The translations under genes were made by a program, and so were the position numbers. The notes beneath the pieces were generated by a model. The model saw only the letters and a list, made by a program, of their open reading frames with translations. It was not told where the DNA came from and ran no database searches. From an uncultured Candidatus Saccharibacteria bacterium (lineage in GTDB: Bacteria > Patescibacteriota > Minisyncoccia > Phycocordibacterales > JABMNX01), in assembly GCA_964575755.1 (NCBI GenBank), contig CAZNRH010000001.1:115347-179346 (forward strand): a stretch of 64,000 bases of DNA. Direction: 5' to 3'. Each line of letters begins with the position of its first letter. Position 1 is the first letter of the stretch. This document shows positions 51,526 to 61,840 of this stretch, piece by piece.

Positions 51526-53241
51526 ATGCACAGATATAGAATTAAAAAATTACTACGACGCTTGTTTAAAGGGTCTCAGAAGAGGGAAATTGAGCCAGAT
51601 GAAATATTTCTTGATTCGAGTAATTTACCACAGTTTGATAGAAATCAATTCGAAGGACGAATAGAAAAACCAATTGGTAAAAAAACACAACTTTTTGTTG
51701 CTGTTGTATTTTTCCTTGTTATGATTTTGTATATTGGACGTGTCTTTTCTCTGCAAATATACGATGGGGAGTCTTTTGCATATCTTAGTGAGAACAATCG
51801 TTTACGACATTCTATAATCTTTTCAGAGCGTGGTGTTTTATACGATAGAAATGATGTAGAGCTTGTGTGGAATGAGTCCGAGTCCAGCAATATAGAAGAA
51901 GAGTTTGCACTGCGTACGTATATTAAACTAAATGGACTTTCTCACGTTCTTGGATATATTGGATATCCTCTTAAGGATGTGTTAGGTAATTATTATCAAG
52001 ATGAGTTTATTGCTAAGGACGGAGCGGAATTATTTTTTGATGACAGACTTAAAGGTGTAAATGGTTTAGAGATAGTTGAAGTAGACGCACTTCAAGAAGT
52101 AAAATCAAAAAATACGATTCGTCCACCTAAAGACGGGGAGAGTATAACTCTATCAATAGACTCACGTTTAAATGAGGCCCTGTATAGGTTCTTAGGAGAA
52201 AGGGCAGAGAGGTCTGGCTTTGTTGGAGGTGCTGGAATACTTATGGATATAACAAACGGTGAGATTATTACGCTCGCAAGTTTTCCTGAGTTTAGTTCAC
52301 AGGTTCTAACTGATGGGAAACCAAGTGACACGATTGCGTCGTATGTAGAGGACGAGAGGAAGCCGTTTCTTAATCGTGTGATTTCAGGCTTGTATACACC
52401 TGGTTCTATTGTAAAGCCGATAGTGGCTATTGGGGCTCTATCAGAGGGTGTTATAACCCCAGAGAAAGAAATATTAAGTACAGGCTCCATTCGTCTTCCA
52501 CACCCATATATAGATGGTGTATATTCAGTATTCGTTGACTGGAAGGCTCACGGATATGTAAATATTCGTGAAGCAATAGCAAATTCTTCCAATATATATT
52601 TTTATGAAGTTGGTGGTGGCTTTGAAGACCAAGAAGGTATCGGGATTGATGGTATAAATAAATACGCGGAGCTGTTTGGACTAGGGAGAAGTACAGGGTC
52701 TATGTTTGACGACAGCAGTGGGATAATTCCAAATCCAGAATGGAAAGCAGAGATGTTTGATGGAGATGAGTGGCGTATAGGTGATACATATAACACAGCA
52801 ATAGGTCAGTATGGCTTTCAGGTAACACTAATTCAAATGGTCAGAGCGATAGGTGCCATAGCAAATGGCGGCATGTTGATGTCTCCAATTCTCGAAAAAG
52901 GAGAAGCTGTTACGTATGAATCAGTTAAGATTGATGACGAAATATTACAAATAATTAGAGAGGGAATGCGCATGGGTGTTGATAGCGGGATAGTAAAGGC
53001 TCTTAATACTCCTTATGTAAAAGTCGCAGCGAAGACGGGCACAGCTCAACTTGGTGTTTCTAAGAAGTTTGTGAATTCGTGGGTGGTTGGATTTTTCCCA
53101 TATGAAAAGCCTAAATATGCTTTTGCAATTATTATGGAAAAGGGTCCTGAGCATAATCTTATTGGAGCATCTTCTGTAATGCGTGAGTACATTGAGTGGA
53201 TTAACACACACGCGCCAGAGTATTTTAATACTGTCAATTGA
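51526..53241 (+). CDS. mrdA: Penicillin-binding protein 2 (class B transpeptidase)
   Basis: SxxK (PGSIVK), SxN (SSN), KTG; in the mre operon. Confidence 0.9.
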   Translation: MHRYRIKKLLRRLFKGSQKREIEPDEIFLDSSNLPQFDRNQFEGRIEKPIGKKTQLFVAVVFFLVMILYIGRVFSLQIYDGESFAYLSENNRLRHSIIFSERGVLYDRNDVELVWNESESSNIEEEFALRTYIKLNGLSHVLGYIGYPLKDVLGNYYQDEFIAKDGAELFFDDRLKGVNGLEIVEVDALQEVKSKNTIRPPKDGESITLSIDSRLNEALYRFLGERAERSGFVGGAGILMDITNGEIITLASFPEFSSQVLTDGKPSDTIASYVEDERKPFLNRVISGLYTPGSIVKPIVAIGALSEGVITPEKEILSTGSIRLPHPYIDGVYSVFVDWKAHGYVNIREAIANSSNIYFYEVGGGFEDQEGIGIDGINKYAELFGLGRSTGSMFDDSSGIIPNPEWKAEMFDGDEWRIGDTYNTAIGQYGFQVTLIQMVRAIGAIANGGMLMSPILEKGEAVTYESVKIDDEILQIIREGMRMGVDSGIVKALNTPYVKVAAKTGTAQLGVSKKFVNSWVVGFFPYEKPKYAFAIIMEKGPEHNLIGASSVMREYIEWINTHAPEYFNTVN

Positions 53242-53358
53242 CTCTTTTTTTATAGCTAGTACAATTCTTTTAAATTATTAGTGACATGTTTGCTTACAAA
53301 GTAATAAGATAATATAAATTAACACTTCGTAGTATTATTGCGAAAATTCTTTATACTC

Positions 53359-53826
53359 ATGACTGACAATAACAACTATCTAACACAAGAAAAATTCGAG
53401 GAGCTAACAAAAGAGCTTGAATATTTAAAGACAGAAAAACGAAAAGAAATCGCAGATAGTTTAGAGTATGCACGTTCGCTTGGGGATCTTTCTGAGAATG
53501 CTGAATATCAAGAAGCACGTGAAATGCAGGCTTCAACAGAAGATCGCATAAAACAATTCGAAGAAATCTTAAAAGATCCACAAATTGTTTCTCATAAAAA
53601 AAGTGACATAGTGGGGCTCGGCTCAACAGTCGTAATCAAAAAGGACGGAGGTAAGGATACCCACGAGTACCATATCGTTGGTTCAGAGGAAGCAGATATG
53701 CAAGAGCGAAAGATTTCGTACAACTCTCCACTAGGAGACGCAATGATGGGTAAGAAGAAGGGAGAAGAATTTACATTTGAGACTCCAAACGGAAAGCAGG
53801 ATTATAAGATTAAGTCTGTTGTCTAA
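53359..53826 (+). CDS. greA: Transcription elongation factor GreA
   Basis: GDLSENAEY, IVGSEEAD, ISYNSPLG. Confidence 0.97.
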   Translation: MTDNNNYLTQEKFEELTKELEYLKTEKRKEIADSLEYARSLGDLSENAEYQEAREMQASTEDRIKQFEEILKDPQIVSHKKSDIVGLGSTVVIKKDGGKDTHEYHIVGSEEADMQERKISYNSPLGDAMMGKKKGEEFTFETPNGKQDYKIKSVV

Positions 53827-53986
53827 GGGTCGCTCGCTATTACATTTTAGAAACACACATAAGCCCCCAACGGGGGCTTTGCTATGCTCGGCACACGATT
53901 CCGTCGCTGTTGCTGAGGCAACATATGAGCGACGGACACCGTGCTGCGTGTGCCTGCGCAATGTTTCTAAAATGTAACAGCTCGCT
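53827..53986. other. About 155-nt structured element
   Basis: gggtcgctcg start; ttacattttagaaaca/tgtttctaaaatgtaa arms enclosing two GC-rich hairpins. Confidence 0.65.
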
Positions 53987-54068
53987 TAAATGGAAAATGT
54001 GCTGTGAATTTTTGTAAATGAAAAAATTGCCGCTCCTGAAGGGCGGCAATGAAGGTGGTCAAATCTGG

Positions 54069-54518
54069 CTAGTTTATTTGGAGAATTGGTTTCTTGCGAA
54101 ATCCTTGGATGAATGAAAGGACTGCGAGAGCAATTCCCGTGATACCCGTGACCCACATAACGTTTCTTGTTTCGATATGTGGATAATCGTACCAGAAGAT
54201 CGATGGTGCACCAATCAGAAGACTTATTCCAATGGTGTACCAGAGCCAGTGTGGTTTGGCATTTCTCCACAGAGAGTCATTTTTGATGATGTACTGCCAC
54301 ATAAATCGCGTGACGCACTTCATCATCAATAGCATAATCCACAAAATGTGCCCGACGGCCCACATAAAGAACACTATTCCCGTACTGAAGGAAATGCCGA
54401 AACCAAGCGCATCTCGCACCTCGCGGTCATGCTCAGGTGTTTGTAGCGCCACCAAAAAGAAACCAAAAACAAGTACAATACCCACGACAAAGCAAGACCA
54501 GTTCCAAATTCGATACAT
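54069..54518 (-). CDS. Hypothetical multi-TM membrane protein
   Basis: Four hydrophobic segments; own TTGACA promoter and terminator (about 54020-54050). Confidence 0.6.
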   Translation of the reverse strand: MYRIWNWSCFVVGIVLVFGFFLVALQTPEHDREVRDALGFGISFSTGIVFFMWAVGHILWIMLLMMKCVTRFMWQYIIKNDSLWRNAKPHWLWYTIGISLLIGAPSIFWYDYPHIETRNVMWVTGITGIALAVLSFIQGFRKKPILQIN

Positions 54519-54629
54519 GACATACCCCCAATTGAAAATTTCGACAATGAAGCTAAATTTAATGTATCACGACCAAGCTCTTGTGTCAAGTGTATAGGTT
54601 TTCTTTGTTAATACGGTACAATAGTCATT

Positions 54630-56210
54630 ATGTTTTGGGCAGATACAATAACTGAAAAGTTTGTTACAAGTAGAAAGAAAATAATTGATTCCAAGGAGTC
54701 AGTTGTAATTCGTGATGAAAAAACTGCATCTGGGAGGATGCTTATTAGTGCTATGCGTGGAGCTGTAATTCACGGAATTCTTTCAGAAATTTTCTCTGAA
54801 AGTAAACTGTCTCACCAATTTCTTTGGGAGATAAATGATACAGATGCGTTTAGAAAAGTCCCAAAGAATCTTGATGAAAAGAAATATCAAAAATATCTTG
54901 GTATGCCGTTGTATGCTCTACCGTCACCAAAAGAAAGTTCAGAGAACTACCCAGAATTCTTTGCACAAGAATTTACTGATGTTATGGAGCATCTTGGTTT
55001 TGCGCCGACATATTATAGGTCAAGTACGGCGTATAAAGAAGGGAAGTTTAACGACACTATTAAAACAGCGCTTGAGAACGCAGAATTGATAAGGAAGATT
55101 TATAGAGAAGTGTCGGGATCTGAAAAACCTTCGGACTGGCTTCCTCTTTTTGTCGTGTGTGAAAAGTGTGGCAAAATTGGGACAACTAAGACTGTAGCTT
55201 TTGACGGGGAGAAAGTAACGTACGTATGTGAGAAAGATATCGTTGAATGGGCACAAGGATGTGGATACAAAGGCTCAGTATCTCCATTTAATGGTAATGC
55301 AACTTTACCGTGGAAGGTTGAGTGGGCAGCAAAGTTTAAAGTATTTGAAGTTGATATGGAGGGTGGAGGTAAAGATCTTTCGACCAAAGGGGGTGCTCGT
55401 GATGTTTCTAATCACATTGCACGAGAAGTATTTGATTATCAGCCACCGTTTGATATACCGTATGAGTTCTTTCTTACAGATGGTAAGAAGATGTCTACTT
55501 CAAAAGGTAATGCACCAGCTGCATATGATGTCATATCTATTCTACCATCACACATTTATCGTCTTGTTTTTTTGGGTAAGAATTATAAGCAAGCAATAGA
55601 ATTCAATCTAAAAGGTGAGACGGTACCAACTCTATTTGATACATATGACAGGCTTGCTGAAAAGTATACAGCTGGAATAAAGGATGACGACACTAGGTTG
55701 TTCTCTCTTATTCACAAAAAAAGAAAAATAACATCTAGATTTCTTCCACGTTTTTCTCAGATTGTATTTTTAGTACAGATGCCTCACATGAATGTTGAAG
55801 AAGAAGTATCTAGTATTAAAGGTTCAAAATTAACTGATGAAGACAAGAAAGAGCTTGAAGAGCGTGTTGTGTACGCTCGTCAGTGGATTGAGAAATATGC
55901 GCCAGAGAGATATGTATTTGAGCTTCAGTTAGAAAAAGCACCAGAAGAAACAAAAAACTTTTCAAGTATGCAGAAAGATGCACTAAAAAGAGTACTAGAA
56001 GAAATTAAGAAGATGAAAAAATTAGACGGGCAAGATCTACATACAGCTCTCCATGATATAAGGAAAGAAACAGACATAGAACCGAAGGAGTTTTTCAGTG
56101 CGATTTACATAACATTTCTTGGTAAAGAGAGTGGCCCAAAAGTAGGTTGGTTTTTAAGCGTGCTAGATAGGGGATTTCTAGAAAGTCGTTTAGAGGAAGT
56201 AAGTAAATAA
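54630..56210 (+). CDS. lysS: Lysine--tRNA ligase, class I
   Basis: MFWAD, YLG.PL...P.P, CEKCG, LPWKVEW, GGKD, KMSTSKG, GPK.G.F. Confidence 0.92.
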   Translation: MFWADTITEKFVTSRKKIIDSKESVVIRDEKTASGRMLISAMRGAVIHGILSEIFSESKLSHQFLWEINDTDAFRKVPKNLDEKKYQKYLGMPLYALPSPKESSENYPEFFAQEFTDVMEHLGFAPTYYRSSTAYKEGKFNDTIKTALENAELIRKIYREVSGSEKPSDWLPLFVVCEKCGKIGTTKTVAFDGEKVTYVCEKDIVEWAQGCGYKGSVSPFNGNATLPWKVEWAAKFKVFEVDMEGGGKDLSTKGGARDVSNHIAREVFDYQPPFDIPYEFFLTDGKKMSTSKGNAPAAYDVISILPSHIYRLVFLGKNYKQAIEFNLKGETVPTLFDTYDRLAEKYTAGIKDDDTRLFSLIHKKRKITSRFLPRFSQIVFLVQMPHMNVEEEVSSIKGSKLTDEDKKELEERVVYARQWIEKYAPERYVFELQLEKAPEETKNFSSMQKDALKRVLEEIKKMKKLDGQDLHTALHDIRKETDIEPKEFFSAIYITFLGKESGPKVGWFLSVLDRGFLESRLEEVSK

Positions 56211-56238
56211 ACAGCCAGAGTACTCAAGCCGTTTAATT
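56205..56238. repeat. 34-bp palindrome, family copy 3 (decayed)
   Basis: aaataaacagccagagtactcaagccgtttaatt; contains the stops of lysS and the NUDIX gene. Confidence 0.7.
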
Positions 56239-56721
56239 ATCCCAAAGGGAATCATCATATTCGATTCGATCAAATGTTTCTTCATCTTCTCCTGGAGTTC
56301 CTTTAATTTTAAAATGTATATGAGCGGAGACTTTTTCTCCATTAAATACTTTTTCCATCCATATTGAGTCAGCCTTCCACATTTCATCATATGGAATTTT
56401 TTTAAGTGTATGCCACTGCGGTATCATTTCATCTGTCTCAGTGACTTCTCCAACCCAATCTCGCACTAAGTATGAATGCATCAGAAACTTAGGTTCATCA
56501 TTAAAATAAAATTTAAGCACTGCGACTTTTTCTAAATCTTCTTCGTGTGCGCATAACCCACACTCTTCTTCGAGTTCACGTACAGTAGCTTCTTCAGGGG
56601 TTTCTCCTTCTTTAATTTTGCCACCAAAACCATTCCATTTTCCGGCACCGAAACGCACCTTTTTCCTTCCTAGAAGTATTTTTGAGTTTGTAATAGGTAT
56701 ACATAGAGTTGCGTGTTTCAT
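56233..56721 (-). CDS. NUDIX hydrolase, MTH1/8-oxo-dGTPase-like
   Basis: GKWNGFGGK...ET.EE...RELEEECG, EM.PQW, MWKAD..W. Confidence 0.92.
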   Translation of the reverse strand: MKHATLCIPITNSKILLGRKKVRFGAGKWNGFGGKIKEGETPEEATVRELEEECGLCAHEEDLEKVAVLKFYFNDEPKFLMHSYLVRDWVGEVTETDEMIPQWHTLKKIPYDEMWKADSIWMEKVFNGEKVSAHIHFKIKGTPGEDEETFDRIEYDDSLWDN

Positions 56722-56801
56722 TGTCTTTATAATGACGCTTTTTCTAATGTATTTCAACCTACATGTCTCAAAAAAGCGGTGTGGATAAATGGTTTCATAG
56801 A

Positions 56802-56855
56802 GTGGGGCAAAGTGTAGTATAATGTGCTCATGGTGGGAAGAAGTGGGAAAGTAGA
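56802..56855 (+). promoter_or_regulatory. mraZ promoter with MraZ-box-like GTGGG repeats
   Basis: GTGGG at 56802, 56833 and 56843 (variants at 56812, 56851) around TATAAT at 56818. Confidence 0.7.
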
Positions 56856-56862
56856 AAATAGC

Positions 56863-57297
56863 ATGCTAATAGGAGAATACACTCATTCATTAGATACAAA
56901 AAAGCGGTTGTCTCTACCAAAAAAGTTCCGTACAGAACTTGGAAAGAAGGTAGTTGTAACGCGTGGATTAGATAACTGCCTTTTTATGTATCCGATGTTA
57001 CAGTGGAAAGAAACAGCAAAGAAATTACAAAATCTTTCATTTACTCAAGCAGATACCCGCGGATTTAACCGCTTTATGCTATCAGGTGCAGTCGAAGTAG
57101 AGATCGATTCAGTTGGACGTATTTTAGTTCCAGAATATCTAAAGGATTTTGCAGGACTCAAGACGAAAGTGGTTCTAGCAGGAGTTCAAGACAGGGTAGA
57201 GATTTGGAATGAAAAATCATGGACACAGTATAAGGCAATGATAGAAAAGCAGGCAGATGCTATGGCAGAGAAGTTGGGGGAAATAGGAGCTCTCTAA
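56863..57297 (+). CDS. mraZ: Division/cell-wall cluster regulator MraZ
   Basis: MLIGEY.HSLD.K.R...P, TRGLDNCL, D..GRIL.P, RVEIW. Confidence 0.96.
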   Translation: MLIGEYTHSLDTKKRLSLPKKFRTELGKKVVVTRGLDNCLFMYPMLQWKETAKKLQNLSFTQADTRGFNRFMLSGAVEVEIDSVGRILVPEYLKDFAGLKTKVVLAGVQDRVEIWNEKSWTQYKAMIEKQADAMAEKLGEIGAL

Positions 57298-57306
57298 TCT
57301 AGTCAT

Positions 57307-58197
57307 ATGCATACAACAGTTCTTTTACAAGAAGTTATAGATACGTTAGACATCAAAGAATATGATGTTGTTTTAGATGCCACTTTCGGCGGCGGCGGAC
57401 ACAGTAGGGCAGTTATAGACAAGTTAGGCAAGGAGGGTGTGCTTATTGGAATAGATACTGACGCAGGTGCATTAGAATCTCAGAAAGAACTACTATCCAG
57501 TAGTAAAGGCACTGTATATTTAAAGCAGTCAAACTTTCGCAATCTAGACGTTGTCCTAAATAATCTTGGCATTAGCAAAGTAGACAAGTTTATCTTTGAT
57601 TTAGGCTTTAGCTCAACTCAACTTGAAGAGGGCGGACGAGGGATAAGTTTCCAGAAAGATGAACCGCTTCTAATGACATTATCCGACAAGGTAACAGAAG
57701 AAACTCTTACAGCTAAACGTATCGTAAATGAGTGGGACGAAGAGAGTATAGAGGTCGTACTTCGTGGATATGGAGAAGAGAGTTTTTCAAAGCAAATTGC
57801 AGAAGCAATTATAGAAGCTCGAAAGGAGGAAGAGATTGAAACAACTTTCGACCTAATAGAGATAATTGAAAAAGCTACACCGCAGTGGTATCAAAAGAAA
57901 CGAATCAATCCTGCCACAAAAACATTTCAAGCACTTCGTATTGCAGTAAACGATGAAATCGAAACCGTAAAGGAAGGACTTGAAAAAGCTTGTTCATTTC
58001 TTAGTCCAAGTGGACGTATAGCAGTTATATCTTTTCATAGTATTGAAGACAGGGTTGTTAAGAGAACATTTCAAACATGGAAGAGAGATGGATTAGGAAA
58101 ACAAGATCCTAAAAAACTAATAACAGCAACAAGAGAGGAAATAAAAGAAAACCCACGTTCACGAAGCGCAAAACTACGTGTATTCAAAAAAACATGA
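57307..58197 (+). CDS. rsmH: 16S rRNA m4C1402 methyltransferase
   Basis: DATFGGGGHS, DLGFSS.Q, FQALRIAVN, ISFHSIEDR, NPRSRSAKLR. Confidence 0.98.
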   Translation: MHTTVLLQEVIDTLDIKEYDVVLDATFGGGGHSRAVIDKLGKEGVLIGIDTDAGALESQKELLSSSKGTVYLKQSNFRNLDVVLNNLGISKVDKFIFDLGFSSTQLEEGGRGISFQKDEPLLMTLSDKVTEETLTAKRIVNEWDEESIEVVLRGYGEESFSKQIAEAIIEARKEEEIETTFDLIEIIEKATPQWYQKKRINPATKTFQALRIAVNDEIETVKEGLEKACSFLSPSGRIAVISFHSIEDRVVKRTFQTWKRDGLGKQDPKKLITATREEIKENPRSRSAKLRVFKKT

Positions 58198-58526
58198 AAT
58201 TAACAAAAAACATCTCATATAAACTACATGGAATAGAGCGAAAGCTCTGCATCAGTTTTATGATGTTAATTGTTGCTCTTTTTGGGCTTTATATATACTT
58301 TGTGGGTAAGTCCATTGTAAACGTTGTTGTTCGAGAAGAAGTAGAAATGAATATAGCCGAAGTAAACTCTGAAATCGCTGATCTTGAGCTCAAATATATA
58401 ACAAAGAAAGGTACTATCAACATGGTTCTTGCAAAGGAGATGGGCTTTAATCTTATTTCAAAGAAGATATTTATAAACAAAGGTACGCTTATGGGTGGAA
58501 GCCTGACACAGCGAAATGCGATCTAG
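58194..58526 (+). CDS. FtsL-like bitopic protein
   Basis: TM plus coiled coil plus A..MG; sits between rsmH and ftsI. Confidence 0.65.
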   Translation: MKLTKNISYKLHGIERKLCISFMMLIVALFGLYIYFVGKSIVNVVVREEVEMNIAEVNSEIADLELKYITKKGTINMVLAKEMGFNLISKKIFINKGTLMGGSLTQRNAI

Positions 58527-60237
58527 CTTCGTACTACGTATAAGATTTATCCTCGGAGTCGTTATTTTTATAGCACTTATTCTATTAGTGCGTCTTTATT
58601 TTGTCCAGATAGTAGACGGCGACAAGTTTAGTGAGCGTGCAGATAGGCAATATGTACGCCCAAGTCAAAACTTATTTGACCGTGGCAGGATAGTCTTTGA
58701 ATCTTTAGAATCAGATAAAACAATACCGTGGTCTGCCGCTACCCTTAAAACAGGCTTTACTGTCTCGTTAAATCCAAGCATATTGGAGGACGCAGAGTAT
58801 GCTTATCAAGAAATATCAAAGATTATAGAAATAGACAAAGATATATTCTTTGCGCGTGCAAATAAAACTAATGATCCATATGAAGAGATAGCAAGACGAG
58901 TATCTACAAAAGACGGTATTGCAATAGACAACCTTGATATTACGGGCGTGCAGATACACAAAGAAAGATGGAGACTCTATCAGGGTGGAGACTTAGCTTC
59001 TCAAACAATAGGATTTGTTGGATATGACAAAGATGAGCTTTCTGGGCGTTACGGTCTAGAGAGATACTATAACGACACGTTGTCTAGAGATACAGATGGT
59101 CTGGATATTAATTTTTTTGCAGAGATATTTTCTAATGTACGCAAAACCTTGTCTAAGCAAAAGGTGAATAGGGAAGGAGACATAGTGACAACAATAGAGC
59201 TAAACACACAAAGATTTCTAGAAGGCCAATTGAAAGAGGTTCAAGAAAAGTGGGATTCAAAGCAGACAGCTGGAATTATTATAAACCCACAAAATGGAGA
59301 GATCTACGCAATGGGCGTGTACCCAGGTTTTGATATAAATAATTTTAAAGACGTTGAAGATCCTTCTGTGTTTTCTAACTTATTAGTCGAAGGGGTTTAT
59401 GAGATGGGTTCAATAATCAAACCACTTACAATGGCTGCTGGGCTTGATTCAGGCGCAATCACTGCAGACACTTCATATTATGACAGTGGTTTTGTCACAT
59501 CCGACGGAGCAACAATTTCAAACTACGATGGAAGGGGGCGAGGTAAAGTTAAGATGCAGGAGATATTAAGCCAATCACTTAACACAGGAGCTGCATTTAT
59601 TGTTGAAGAGATGGGTACTGATGTATTTCGTGAGTATTTTTTAAATTATGGAATAGGAGAAGAAACAGGGATTGATCTACCAAACGAAGGGGTCGGACTA
59701 GTCTCAAACTTAGAAAGCCCAAGAACTTTGGAATATTTAACAGCTTCTTTTGGCCAAGGTATCGCAATGACACCTATTGCTACTGTGCGTGCATTGTCTA
59801 CATTAGCTAATGGAGGTAAGTTAGTGACACCTCACCTAGGTAAGAAAATAGAATACGTAACAGGATTATCTAAGACTATATCTTATGTCGATGGACAAGA
59901 GGTTTTAAAAAAATCAACATCAGAAGAAATAACAAGAATGCTTGTTAAGGTAGTCGACGAAGCTCTTATGGGTGGCACGGTTGCTTTTGATAATTATAGT
60001 GTCGCTGCAAAGACAGGGACTGCACAAATTGCCAATAGAGAAGAACGAGGGTATTATGACGATAGGTTCTTACATTCCTTTTTTGGGTATTTCCCTGCGT
60101 ATGACGCTAAGTTCCTTATATTCTTAATTACACTTGAACCAAAAGGGGTCAAGTATGCATCACAAACACTCACTCGTCCTTTTATTAACACGGTAAGTTT
60201 TTTAATTAACCATTACGAAGTTCCGCCAGATAGATAA
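58516..60237 (+). CDS. ftsI: Division class B penicillin-binding protein
   Basis: RG.I, GLE, SxxK (GSIIK), SLN, KTG; dcw synteny. Confidence 0.88.
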   Translation: MRSSFVLRIRFILGVVIFIALILLVRLYFVQIVDGDKFSERADRQYVRPSQNLFDRGRIVFESLESDKTIPWSAATLKTGFTVSLNPSILEDAEYAYQEISKIIEIDKDIFFARANKTNDPYEEIARRVSTKDGIAIDNLDITGVQIHKERWRLYQGGDLASQTIGFVGYDKDELSGRYGLERYYNDTLSRDTDGLDINFFAEIFSNVRKTLSKQKVNREGDIVTTIELNTQRFLEGQLKEVQEKWDSKQTAGIIINPQNGEIYAMGVYPGFDINNFKDVEDPSVFSNLLVEGVYEMGSIIKPLTMAAGLDSGAITADTSYYDSGFVTSDGATISNYDGRGRGKVKMQEILSQSLNTGAAFIVEEMGTDVFREYFLNYGIGEETGIDLPNEGVGLVSNLESPRTLEYLTASFGQGIAMTPIATVRALSTLANGGKLVTPHLGKKIEYVTGLSKTISYVDGQEVLKKSTSEEITRMLVKVVDEALMGGTVAFDNYSVAAKTGTAQIANREERGYYDDRFLHSFFGYFPAYDAKFLIFLITLEPKGVKYASQTLTRPFINTVSFLINHYEVPPDR

Positions 60238-60402
60238 AGTAACTCACAGCCTTTAGGCTCCCTGTTTGTATAAGAGCCACAGCGATTATATACAAACAGC
60301 AGTGCAGGGAGGTCTCCAGACCGAGTCGTGAAAAAATTGATTAAAAAATGACGTACTAAATACAGCCTGAGATCTATAACCTGTGATCTAATACCTGAAA
60401 AA

Positions 60403-61683
60403 ATGAAATCAATATTTAAAAAGATAATAGTCGCAATATTGCAGCGGGAAGCTTCTTTGATATTGAAAAAATATAAACCGAAGATTATTGCTATAACTGG
60501 TAGTGTCGGGAAGACCTCAACAAAAGATGCAATTTTTACAGTAATGAAAGAGAGTTTCTTTGTTCGTAAAAGTGAAAAAAGTTTTAACAGTGAAATAGGA
60601 GTACCTTTGACTATTTTAGGTTGTAGTAATGCATGGAATAATCCTATTTTGTGGTTGAAAAATATTGCAGAAGGATTGATGCTTATACTCCTAAAGAACC
60701 ATTATCCTAAGTGGCTGATCTTAGAGGTTGGTGCTGACCGCCCTTTGGATATAAAAGACCTAACAAAGTGGCTCAAGCCAGACATAGTCGTTATTACTAC
60801 ACTTCCAGATGTACCTGTACACATTGAGTACTTTGATTCACCAGAAGATGTTATTAAAGAAAAAGAGTACTTAGTTAAGGCGCTTAAGTCAGATGGAGTT
60901 TTGGTACTTAACTATGATGATAAAAAAGTCTTAGAATTAGAAAAGAAATATCAATATAAAGCCGTAACATTTGGTTTTGACAGAGGTGCTACTTTCTTAG
61001 CTTCACACTACAGAGGTGATATATATAAAAAACAGATATCTTTTAGGGTAGATGTAGATGGTAGTAGTGTGCCTGTATTAGTAAAAAATTCTTTAGGTCG
61101 TCAGCATATTTATCCTGCACTAGCTTCATTTGCTGTTGGGCGTTCTCAGGGGCTAGACGTTGCATCAATGGTATTAGCATACGAACATCACGAAATTCCG
61201 CAAGGTCGCATGAAACTTATTGATGGTATAAGGAAGTCAATTATTATAGATGACAGTTATAACTCTTCACCGATTGCAGTAGAAGAAGCCTTAAAGGTTC
61301 TAGAAGACGTATCTGTTTCTGGAAGAAAGTTTGCTATTCTTGGAGACATGATGGAATTAGGAACCTATTCTATGGAAGAACATAAAAAAGTTGGGGTACG
61401 TGTAGCACACAGCGCTGACAGGCTTATTACCGTTGGAATACGTGCACGTGACATAGCAGAAAGCGCAATAAAAAATGGCATGAAAAAAGAGTATATATTT
61501 CATTTTGAAGACTCAATGAAAGCAGGGAAAGAACTTAAAAACATGTTAGAAAAAGGTGATGTAGCTTTAATAAAAGGTTCTCAATCAATACGCATGGAGA
61601 AAATAGTTAAAGAAGTGATGGCTCACCCAGAAAAAGCAGGGGAGTTATTGGTACGGCAAGATAAAGAGTGGGAGGTGAGGTAG
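60403..61683 (+). CDS. murF: UDP-MurNAc-tripeptide--D-Ala-D-Ala ligase
   Basis: ITGSVGKTSTK, NSEIGVPLT, DDSYNSSP, LGDMMELG, KGS. Confidence 0.95.
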   Translation: MKSIFKKIIVAILQREASLILKKYKPKIIAITGSVGKTSTKDAIFTVMKESFFVRKSEKSFNSEIGVPLTILGCSNAWNNPILWLKNIAEGLMLILLKNHYPKWLILEVGADRPLDIKDLTKWLKPDIVVITTLPDVPVHIEYFDSPEDVIKEKEYLVKALKSDGVLVLNYDDKKVLELEKKYQYKAVTFGFDRGATFLASHYRGDIYKKQISFRVDVDGSSVPVLVKNSLGRQHIYPALASFAVGRSQGLDVASMVLAYEHHEIPQGRMKLIDGIRKSIIIDDSYNSSPIAVEEALKVLEDVSVSGRKFAILGDMMELGTYSMEEHKKVGVRVAHSADRLITVGIRARDIAESAIKNGMKKEYIFHFEDSMKAGKELKNMLEKGDVALIKGSQSIRMEKIVKEVMAHPEKAGELLVRQDKEWEVR

Positions 61684-61840
61684 GCTACACAGTAGATTTT
61701 CATAGGCTTTAGGTTGCTAGGGGTTTCTAAACTTGCAAAAGTATCAAAACTATTGTATTATTTCAAACAGCTTTAGAGGTCTAGAACCTCATTGTTCCAA
61801 TTTATTTAAACCTTTGCATCTTTATATGGAGGACTAATCA

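Noticed and set aside
28966-56788. DnaA boxes at 28966, 31024 (imperfect) and 56780 as a replication origin
   Set aside because: They are isolated single boxes with no cluster and no dnaA/dnaN.
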